Assembly (NCBI GenBank): GCA_965230895.1
Contig: OZ246394.1
Location: forward strand, 569,316 to 633,315
From: an uncultured Gammaproteobacteria bacterium
GTDB lineage: Bacteria; Patescibacteriota; Microgenomatia; Levybacterales; UBA12049
Direction of reading: 5' to 3'
DNA: 64,000 bases
This document shows positions 1 through 7,771 of the stretch, one piece after another (position 1 is the stretch's first letter; each line of letters begins with the position of its first letter). The position numbers and the translations under genes are program-made. The notes under the pieces are model-generated. The model ran no database searches, was not told where the DNA came from, and worked only from the letters and a program-made list of their open reading frames with translations.

Positions 1-192
1 GGTGATATTAAAGGTTACGTTAATGGCGAACAGGTGAATAATATTTTGGATGTTCGTATTAAACCATATGATAGTACTGTGATATTTGTTGGAGAGCAGC
101 CTGCTGAATCAGATGGTCTTCTTAGTAAAGCTGTTAAAAAAGACGAAATAGTGAAAGCTGAAAAAATGAGCGAGAACTGTGGTTCAAATTAA
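1..192 (+). CDS. Partial CDS (3' end), hypothetical protein
   Basis: Open frame from base 1 (GDIKGYVNGEQV...MSENCGSN*) ending in TAA 5 nt before the DsbA gene. Confidence 0.6.
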   Translation, partial: GDIKGYVNGEQVNNILDVRIKPYDSTVIFVGEQPAESDGLLSKAVKKDEIVKAEKMSENCGSN

Positions 193-197
193 GCAAT

Positions 198-863
198 ATG
201 TCAGGTGAAGCAAAAATATTAATAGGAGTAAGTATCGTAACAATTGTTATGGTTATTGGAGCAGCGTTGTTACTTGGCGGCGTGTCTTCTCGAAATACTA
301 CCACTGAAGAAAAGGTGATTCTTACAAGTGAACAACAAAAAAGTCTTGCAAAGGAAGATAGTCAAAAGATTACCGTACCAAATGCTAAAGTAACAATCGT
401 TGAATTTATTGATTACGAATGTGAAGCTTGTGGTGCTGCTCATCCAATTGTTAAGCAAATTTTAGAAGAATATAAGGGTAAAGTGAATTTTGTCGTTCGA
501 AATTTCCCAAATCATAATAATTCCGTACTTGCAGCTAACATAGTAGAAGCTGCTGGTGAGCAAGGCAAATACTGGGAAATGCATAATAAACTTCTTGAAT
601 CACAACAGGAATGGGGAGAGAAAAAAGAACCACAAACAGAACTTTTTCTTAAATATGCTCAAGAATTGAATCTTGATATTGATAAAGTGAGAGCGTCATT
701 AGAAAGTAATAAATTTACTACTAAAATAAACAAAGACAAGGAAGAAGGCATTGCAATCGGCGTAAATGCTACACCCACATTTTTCATAAATGGCGAGATG
801 CAAGTTGGAGGACTTCCTTATGATGAATTTAAACAAAAAATAGAAGAGAAATTGCGCAATTAA
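198..863 (+). CDS. DsbA/BdbD-family thioredoxin-fold oxidoreductase, membrane anchored
   Basis: N-terminal TM; EFIDYECEAC (CxxC); RNFP; GVNATPTFFING cis-Pro motif. Confidence 0.9.
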   Translation: MSGEAKILIGVSIVTIVMVIGAALLLGGVSSRNTTTEEKVILTSEQQKSLAKEDSQKITVPNAKVTIVEFIDYECEACGAAHPIVKQILEEYKGKVNFVVRNFPNHNNSVLAANIVEAAGEQGKYWEMHNKLLESQQEWGEKKEPQTELFLKYAQELNLDIDKVRASLESNKFTTKINKDKEEGIAIGVNATPTFFINGEMQVGGLPYDEFKQKIEEKLRN

Positions 864-905
864 AATCCAATATACAAAACATCTCAAAATCGATACAATA
901 AAATA

Positions 906-1505
906 ATGAATCATACACTGCGTAGAAAGGCACTTTTCTTATCTTACTTTACTGTTGGATATAATATAGTAGAAGGACTAGTCTCCATTGGAATAGGTTT
1001 AATGACTGGAAGTACTGCTTTGATTGGATTTGGCTCTGATAGCTTTATTGAATCTCTATCTGGAAGTGTAATGATTTGGAGATTTAGCAAACATATAGAA
1101 AACAAAGAGCATGAGGAGAAAATTGAAAGAAATGCGCAGAAACTTGTAGCCTTTACATTTTTCATCTTAGGATCGTTTGTTTTATATGAATCAGTCAAAG
1201 ATTTATTTCTTCAAGAGGCACCTGAGCCGAGCCTAATTGGCATTGTAATTGCAGTACTGTCGCTTATTATTATGCCGACATTAACCTATTTTAAATATCA
1301 AACGGGCAAGCAACTGAAATCAAAAAGTTTAGTTGCTGATTCAAAACAGACGTTGGTATGTGTGCTTATGTCTGCAGCACTTCTCATAGGATTAAGTTTA
1401 AATTATTTGTTCGGCATTTGGTGGCTTGATCCTATTGTAGGACTTATTTTTGTAGTTATTCTTTATCATGAAGGCTATGAATCTTACAAAGGTGAGGAGG
1501 ATTGA
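906..1505 (+). CDS. Short cation diffusion facilitator (CDF) transporter lacking the C-terminal cytoplasmic domain
   Basis: About 6 TM helices; GSTALIGFGSDSFIE, SLVADSKQT and WWLDPIVG CDF motifs. Confidence 0.8.
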   Translation: MNHTLRRKALFLSYFTVGYNIVEGLVSIGIGLMTGSTALIGFGSDSFIESLSGSVMIWRFSKHIENKEHEEKIERNAQKLVAFTFFILGSFVLYESVKDLFLQEAPEPSLIGIVIAVLSLIIMPTLTYFKYQTGKQLKSKSLVADSKQTLVCVLMSAALLIGLSLNYLFGIWWLDPIVGLIFVVILYHEGYESYKGEED

Positions 1506-1513
1506 CATAGAAG

Positions 1514-2395
1514 ATGAGTGGTCGGCATGAAGCTCCAAGCAATCTAGATAACAAATTAAAGCTAGGTATGTTCTTAAATGCCAGTTTTACCCTGTTTGAA
1601 TTTATTATTGGAGTCCTGTCAGGCAGTTTGGCTTTAATATCTGATGCTGGACATAATTTAACAGATTCACTTAGTCTTATTATCACATTTATTGCACAAA
1701 AGATTGCAAAACGGAGTGCAAACATTGAGCATACCTATGGATATGGCAGATCAACAATATTAGCTGCGCTTCTTAATGGTCTAATCTTATTCTTGTTGGC
1801 GTTTTATATCTTTTATGAAGCATACGAGCGTCTACAGAATCCTCAACCCGTTGCAGGAGGTTTGGTAGTCATTGTTGCTGTCGTTGGTGTGGTTATTAAC
1901 TTTAGTGTAGCTTCTTTATTCAGACATGATCGAGATGATCTTAATATACGAAGTGCTTATACCAATATGCTCTTTGATGCATTAGCTTCTGTTGGTGCTG
2001 TTATTGCTGGTATTCTTATAATTATAACTAAGCAGCCATACTTTGATTCATTGATAAGTATACTTATTGGGATACTACTCCTTAGAAGCAGCTGGGGTGT
2101 TGTACGAGACGCAACACATGTACTGTTAGAAGGAGTTCCAGAAGGAGTCAATGTTTCAAAGGTAAAAGAAACTATACTGAATGCACGACATGTTAAAGGT
2201 GCAGATGATTTACATGTTTGGGCAATCTCCTCAAGACACGCTGCTTTAAGTTGTCATATTGTAATCGAGGATTGTGATGTAGAGAAAAGCAGCCGAATTG
2301 TGAAAGAAATTAAGGAAAAACTTAAGAATAAATTTTCTATAGAGCATGCCACTATTGAAACAGAACTTGTTGCATGCGACCCAAAAAATGAGTAA
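1514..2395 (+). CDS. czcD: CzcD/ZitB-like Zn/Co/Cd CDF efflux transporter
   Basis: SGSLALISDAGHNLTD, TYGYGR, LLEGVP, DLHVWAIS, HATIE. Confidence 0.88.
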   Translation: MSGRHEAPSNLDNKLKLGMFLNASFTLFEFIIGVLSGSLALISDAGHNLTDSLSLIITFIAQKIAKRSANIEHTYGYGRSTILAALLNGLILFLLAFYIFYEAYERLQNPQPVAGGLVVIVAVVGVVINFSVASLFRHDRDDLNIRSAYTNMLFDALASVGAVIAGILIIITKQPYFDSLISILIGILLLRSSWGVVRDATHVLLEGVPEGVNVSKVKETILNARHVKGADDLHVWAISSRHAALSCHIVIEDCDVEKSSRIVKEIKEKLKNKFSIEHATIETELVACDPKNE

Positions 2396-2963
2396 AAAAC
2401 CAAATATAATAAAATTAGTAGCTTCTATTATTCTCTTACTATTTTTTGTTATACCCCCGAACGCGTTTGCTCATGATGGACAGAGTCAATTAATTGGAAA
2501 ATACTGGGTTAGTATCGAACAATACCCCCTATCACCTTTTGTAGATGAGAATGAGCAAATCTCATTCGATTTAGAAACTGTAACCCGTAAACCAGCTGAA
2601 GGGGTAAAAGGTAAGCTAATTATTAAAGAAACAACATCTGATCAGTTTGTTGGTAAAGAATCAGTAGTTGGTAGTAAGATCATTCATGAAGAAGAGGGAG
2701 TTACAGATGCCAGCGGGAGCGTTGGGATTTCCTATACATTTCAGAAAGAGGGAGTTTATGATATTGAATATGTTTGGGGTGACAATGAGGATGCAGAAAG
2801 TGCGGGATTACAAATTTTTGTTAGAGAACCGACTTCTTATTTTCTACCGCAAGAGTTAGAAAAGCGGATATGGCTATTTATAGGAATTGCGATGGCTGGA
2901 ATGGCAGCAGGGACATTTTTTACATTTGTATTACTAACAACTACTTTACATCCAAAACGATAA
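2388..2963 (+). CDS. Exported, C-terminally membrane-anchored hypothetical protein (Ig/YtkA-like fold possible)
   Basis: Signal peptide ending AFA-HDG (His at the mature N-terminus); YTFQKEGVYDI; C-terminal TM. Start placed at ATG 2388, overlapping the czcD stop. Confidence 0.6.
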   Translation: MSKKPNIIKLVASIILLLFFVIPPNAFAHDGQSQLIGKYWVSIEQYPLSPFVDENEQISFDLETVTRKPAEGVKGKLIIKETTSDQFVGKESVVGSKIIHEEEGVTDASGSVGISYTFQKEGVYDIEYVWGDNEDAESAGLQIFVREPTSYFLPQELEKRIWLFIGIAMAGMAAGTFFTFVLLTTTLHPKR

Positions 2964-3051
2964 GTTAAAAAAATAACTCAGGCTACTGGTCATGATTTCA
3001 TTTGCACTTTGAGGCTAGACTTCTGGAAAGCTTTGCGGTACCTTGTACCTG

Positions 3052-3231
3052 ATGAATAAAGAATTACCAGAAGAAAAGATCGAAGAAACAGTCAATATGC
3101 TTGAACTATGTGCGTTAGTATTGAAGTTCTATACATCCACAAGGGAATTGAAGTATATTATTGAATTGAATACAGCAGTAAATAGACTCCACTCCCTATT
3201 CCCACGAAAGGAAAAAAATGAGTCCTGTTGA
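3052..3231 (+). CDS. Small hypothetical protein overlapping the recombinase start
   Basis: 59-aa ORF whose end overlaps the recombinase ATG by 14 nt; no recognisable motif. Confidence 0.35.
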   Translation: MNKELPEEKIEETVNMLELCALVLKFYTSTRELKYIIELNTAVNRLHSLFPRKEKNESC

Positions 3232-4519
3232 GTATTGCTTGTATGCACGAAAATCAACAGAGGATGACGAGCGTCAAGCCATGTCAATCGACTCTCAGAT
3301 TAAAGAAATGACTGATTTGGCTATCAGAGACAATCTTTTCATTAAAGAAGTACGAACTGAGAAACATTCTGCTAAAGCATCTGGAAACCGCCCTGTCTTT
3401 GCCAAGCTCCTCGAAGACATTCGAAGCGGTGAATTTAGCGGTATTCTGACTTGGGCACCTGATCGACTAAGTCGTAACGCAGGAGATTTGGGTATGCTTG
3501 TCGACATGATGGATCAAGAAAAACTCCATCAGATACGAACATTCTCACAGTCATTCTCAAATAACCCAAATGAGAAGTTTTTGTTGATGATCCTTTGTTC
3601 TCAAGCAAAGCTAGAGAACGATAATCGGGGCATCAATGTAAAAAGAGGCATGCGAGCAAGATGTAGTATGGGTTGGCGACCGACAGTACCTCCTCTAGGA
3701 TATCTAAGTCAACTTGATAAATCAAACCCTCAGCTTATTATTATTGATCCTGAGCGAGCGTTTATTGTCAAACAGATATTTGATAAAGTTGCAAATCAAG
3801 GACAAAGTGGAAGAACAGTTAAACGGTGGCTTGATAGAATTGGCTTTGAGACCAGAACAGGTAAAAAGCTTGCACTTGGCAATATCTATACCATCCTCAA
3901 AAACTCCTTCTATTACGGCAAATTTGAATACCTTGTAAATAGTGGCACATGGTATGAAGGGAAACATGAACCACTGATTACAAAAGAATTATTCGATAAA
4001 GTACAAATCCAACTGCAAGTACCACCAAAAACATGGAGAAAAAACATTTTTCCTTTCAAAAAGATCTTTATTTGCGGAGGATGCAATGGAGGCATCACAG
4101 CTGAAGTAAAGCAAAAGAAATTAAAATTGGGAGGATATACAAAACACGTTTATTATCATTGCGCCAGATCAGTTGATTATGAGTGTGATGAACCCTACCT
4201 AACTGAAGAAGAACTTATCAGACAACTTATCTTTAATATTGATCAGATTAGCTTTAATCTTTCAGGAATGACAAGAAAAATTCAGGAAGATATTGAAAGA
4301 TATCATAGGCTCAAATTAGAAGTTCTAAATATGGAATATTTAACTGGAAATTTACAAGAATTAAGACCAAGGGTAGATAATGAAGAAAGACAAATAATGA
4401 TGAAGAATTATCTTAAACATATTCTAACAATTGGAACTTCAGAAGAAAGACAAGAAATCCTCACATTTATTAAAACCAAGTTCATTCTTCAAGATAGGCA
4501 CATAGTCATATCGAAATAG
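3218..4519 (+). CDS. Large serine recombinase (resolvase, recombinase and Zn-ribbon domains)
   Basis: YCLYARKS catalytic Ser; DRLSRN; PPLGY; GKHEPLIT; CGGC...YYHC...C Zn ribbon. Confidence 0.92.
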   Translation: MSPVEYCLYARKSTEDDERQAMSIDSQIKEMTDLAIRDNLFIKEVRTEKHSAKASGNRPVFAKLLEDIRSGEFSGILTWAPDRLSRNAGDLGMLVDMMDQEKLHQIRTFSQSFSNNPNEKFLLMILCSQAKLENDNRGINVKRGMRARCSMGWRPTVPPLGYLSQLDKSNPQLIIIDPERAFIVKQIFDKVANQGQSGRTVKRWLDRIGFETRTGKKLALGNIYTILKNSFYYGKFEYLVNSGTWYEGKHEPLITKELFDKVQIQLQVPPKTWRKNIFPFKKIFICGGCNGGITAEVKQKKLKLGGYTKHVYYHCARSVDYECDEPYLTEEELIRQLIFNIDQISFNLSGMTRKIQEDIERYHRLKLEVLNMEYLTGNLQELRPRVDNEERQIMMKNYLKHILTIGTSEERQEILTFIKTKFILQDRHIVISK

Positions 4520-4699
4520 CCTCAGAAACCGCAATTTAATCTAAAGGACTCCGCAATATTTACGAATAATTTACGTTCTACGGGGCTATTACTTACGGGA
4601 TGTAAAATAGAATATGTCAGAATCGAGAGAAATTTTAGCAAGTACCAGCAAGCTAATCAAGGATAGCAGCATAGTCAATACTGAACACTATAGGATTAG

Positions 4700-4771
4700 T
4701 GAGCCCCTGGGGATTCGAACCCCAAACCAATACCTTAAGAGGGTACTGCTCTACCGTTGAGCTAGAGGCCC
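4700..4771 (-). tRNA. tRNA-Lys(CTT), CCA not encoded
   Basis: Reverse complement GGGCCTCTAGCTCAACGGTAGAGCAGTACC-CTCTTAA-GGTATTGGTTTGGGGTTCGAATCCCCAGGGGCTCA folds as a cloverleaf. Confidence 0.95.
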
Positions 4772-4905
4772 AGTTGGAACAGAACTTATTTTACCAAATT
4801 CCGCCTCAAACATCCACTTTTTCTTATTTCCTCTCCAAACTCAGCCTAAACTCACAGTTATCTTGCTTCTCTTCTATAAAACATATACTATAAAATTACG
4901 GATTA

Positions 4906-6123
4906 ATGGAGAAAATTCACATGCATCATAAACGAATTGGAAAGAAACATATACTCATACTCTTTTTCTCTCTTTTTATTCTTATGGGCGGATTAATCCT
5001 GACGCTTAATCAAACACAAATTCGTCAAGATCAAAGAAGTCTCGCAGCTGGAGACTGTACAGTGGACGAAACACAATTACAAACAAAGCCACAAGAGCAA
5101 GCTCTTTTCGATCTCATCAATGCCTATCGAACACAAAATGGATTACCAGTATTGAGTTGGAGTCCAGCATTGAGACGACCAGCAGCTTGGCTTAGTGCAG
5201 ATATGTCTAGGACAAGAAACTTAAGCCACACTGATTCGTTAGGAAGGCTTCCTGAAACAAGACTCCCTGATTGTGGTTTTCCATTGTCAACAAGTTATGG
5301 GGAAAATATTGCGAACGGAGATGCAACAGCACAGTCAATATTGGATGCTTGGAAAACTTCTCCTCCACATAATCAAATAATGTTAAGCGCAAGCTATACA
5401 CAAGGAGCAATTGCCATGGAACTTGATACAACAGGTGTAGCATATTGGACACTCGATGTTGGAGGTACATTTAATACAAATCCTACGACAACAATCAATC
5501 CCACTTCAGGGACAAATCCGACAATAGCGGTGACATCGGCTCTGTCTCCAATGCCTTCAGACATGATTACTCCGACAAAGGGTTCATCAAATGGAAAACT
5601 TCCGACCCCAACACTTGGACCAGAAGGTGTTGATGTCCAATTATCCGTGCGAGTAAAGATCAGTGGTATTGGAAGAGATGGAAATGTCACTCCGAAGAAT
5701 TTGACGAGAAAGGTTTCAGCAGCAATATATGGATTGGGTGAGGCACCTGTTACTACAGGAAATGCATTCTTAACATACGACGGACAAGACTACTTTAGTG
5801 GCATTATACGACTGGGCAAACTTACACAAGGAGTATATTTGGTTAAATTATCGACAGATAATTCTCTTCAGACTTTAGCTCGACCAGAATTCCAGACTAT
5901 TATGATCGATCGAGTCAATGAAATCCCTGCTGTAATGCTCTATCCAGGAGATATGAATAGAGACAATGTACTTAACCTTGCAGATTACAATGAAGTGCTT
6001 CCATGCTTCCAGAATAAGAAATGTGATACTGCAACGGTTATTGATTTCAATGACGATTCAACAACAGATGTTAAAGACTACAACTTATTCCTTCGAAGCT
6101 TTAGTCAGCAACCTGGAAATTAA
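4906..6123 (+). CDS. Membrane-anchored CAP/SCP-domain protein with Thr/Pro linker and C-terminal dockerin-like domain
   Basis: LINAYRTQNGL, LSH, GENIA and WKTSPPHNQIML (CAP); GDMNRDNVLNLADY and DFNDDSTTDVKDY (two Ca-binding loops). Confidence 0.82.
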   Translation: MEKIHMHHKRIGKKHILILFFSLFILMGGLILTLNQTQIRQDQRSLAAGDCTVDETQLQTKPQEQALFDLINAYRTQNGLPVLSWSPALRRPAAWLSADMSRTRNLSHTDSLGRLPETRLPDCGFPLSTSYGENIANGDATAQSILDAWKTSPPHNQIMLSASYTQGAIAMELDTTGVAYWTLDVGGTFNTNPTTTINPTSGTNPTIAVTSALSPMPSDMITPTKGSSNGKLPTPTLGPEGVDVQLSVRVKISGIGRDGNVTPKNLTRKVSAAIYGLGEAPVTTGNAFLTYDGQDYFSGIIRLGKLTQGVYLVKLSTDNSLQTLARPEFQTIMIDRVNEIPAVMLYPGDMNRDNVLNLADYNEVLPCFQNKKCDTATVIDFNDDSTTDVKDYNLFLRSFSQQPGN

Positions 6124-6136
6124 TACATAAATCAGC

Positions 6137-7771
6137 ATGGTAAAGAAAGAGAGTAAAAAACAGATCATAAAAATAGTAACGCAATATGGTGTCCATATCT
6201 GGGCAATTCTTATCATTGCAAATGCTGCGCTTGCATACGCTTTTCATTTTTCAACCCAAGCAGCTAGTAAGCCTGCGACAACCCTTGAAGAAAGTCTTGG
6301 ACCAAGAACTACCGAAGATGAATTAGATGCAACTCCATCAGCAAAAATCTCGCCTACAAAAGCACCGAAGCCAAAAGGAGGAACTATTGATCTTACTTTC
6401 AGAATTCCAGGTATTGGGAGTGATAGTGCAGTAATGGCACCAAAGCGTTTGGAGAGAAATGTAACTGTATTCCTTTATTCACCGGATAGTAATTCTCTCA
6501 ATAATTCAGTGAAGCCACTCTATACACTGAAGACGACAGCACAATTTGATACCAATACTCTGAGTCCGACATATACAAGTTATCTAGTCAAAGGATTAGA
6601 TTTTGGAACAGATGTGAAAGATGGAAGATATCAAATTGTTTTCCGCACCGATGAATCCCTCCGCACTATTATTAAGGAAAGCCCGACAAATATCGGAGGA
6701 CAATTATTTGAAATCACAAAATCAGCGAAGATCCGTCGAGTACCAACACAGACAGTGTTTATGGGAGATACGCTACCGAAGGAAGGAGATAATGTCGTAG
6801 ATATCAGTGACTATAATGCGTTTGTTAATTGTTTTGGAGAACGCAACTCATCATCATTTTGTATAGGAAATAATTATGGTGATTTCGATGACAATGGTGT
6901 TATTGATGGTGTCGATTATAATTTACTTTTACGTTCATTCCAGGAACTTTTGAAACAAGGCCAATCAATTCCAAAGGTATCTGTAGCTCCAACTTCAGGT
7001 CCACAACGGGTATCAAGATTAACAAGTATTACACCAACTGCAGTTAAAGAGAAAGTCTCACCTACGAAAGCACCTCAACAAACTGTACAAACAAAATCGA
7101 GTGGTAATGTTCTCGGCGGAATCCTCTTCTTTATTTTTCTCTTAATCGTTGGAGCAATACTCTTTATTCTCTTTAAGAAAAATGAAAAATTCCGAAATAC
7201 TATTCTGGCATTGTTACACAAATCTCCTGTCGGACCAACACCACCAGCACAACCAGCAGATCCAAATGCTCCAGTCGATCCAAATACACCTCCAGCAGAT
7301 GGCGCAGCTCAAGCAGATCCGACAACTGTTGCAGGACCCCCTACGGCAGACGCAACAGCAGCAACAGAGGAAACCCAGTCTGATCCAAATGCGGTGGCAG
7401 CCTCTACAGAAATCCCTGTGGAGTCAGTCGCAACGCCAACAGAAACAACACCTCCGCCAGCAGAACCAGCTGCTGATCCTTCAGCTATCGCTGCTTCAAC
7501 TGAAATTCCAGTTGCTGCAACACCTCCTGTAGATCCTGCGCGACCAACCCCTGCGGATGGAGAAACTGTAGAACGAGATTGCTATGTGAAGAAGAAGTTA
7601 CCGGGTGATGCATCTGGTGTATGGCTCACATTAACGGACGACAATGGGGCATTGGAAGCACATTACGCAAAACCTGATGTCGAAGAAGGATTCGCGAAAG
7701 TCAAAGGTGTTATGAAGACGGAAAATGGCAAGACCTATCTTGAAGTTTCAGAAATTATTGGTGAAGGTTAA
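6137..7771 (+). CDS. Membrane protein with dockerin-like domain, second TM, Pro/Ala-rich tail and small C-terminal beta domain
   Basis: GDNVVDISDY and GDFDDNGVIDGVDY; TM VLGGILFFIFLLIVGAILFILF; repeated DPxAxAASTEIPV. Confidence 0.72.
   Translation: MVKKESKKQIIKIVTQYGVHIWAILIIANAALAYAFHFSTQAASKPATTLEESLGPRTTEDELDATPSAKISPTKAPKPKGGTIDLTFRIPGIGSDSAVMAPKRLERNVTVFLYSPDSNSLNNSVKPLYTLKTTAQFDTNTLSPTYTSYLVKGLDFGTDVKDGRYQIVFRTDESLRTIIKESPTNIGGQLFEITKSAKIRRVPTQTVFMGDTLPKEGDNVVDISDYNAFVNCFGERNSSSFCIGNNYGDFDDNGVIDGVDYNLLLRSFQELLKQGQSIPKVSVAPTSGPQRVSRLTSITPTAVKEKVSPTKAPQQTVQTKSSGNVLGGILFFIFLLIVGAILFILFKKNEKFRNTILALLHKSPVGPTPPAQPADPNAPVDPNTPPADGAAQADPTTVAGPPTADATAATEETQSDPNAVAASTEIPVESVATPTETTPPPAEPAADPSAIAASTEIPVAATPPVDPARPTPADGETVERDCYVKKKLPGDASGVWLTLTDDNGALEAHYAKPDVEEGFAKVKGVMKTENGKTYLEVSEIIGEG

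Larger units (their letters stand above)
1..4699. mobile_element. Probable right end of an integrative island (metal/redox cargo) at tRNA-Lys(CTT)
   Basis: Serine recombinase ends 180 nt from the tRNA 3' end; cargo of DsbA and two CDF genes; left boundary lies outside the window. Confidence 0.5.

Noticed and set aside
4699-4893. 64-aa plus-strand ORF in the track
   Set aside because: It is the antisense reading of tRNA-Lys(CTT) and its promoter.
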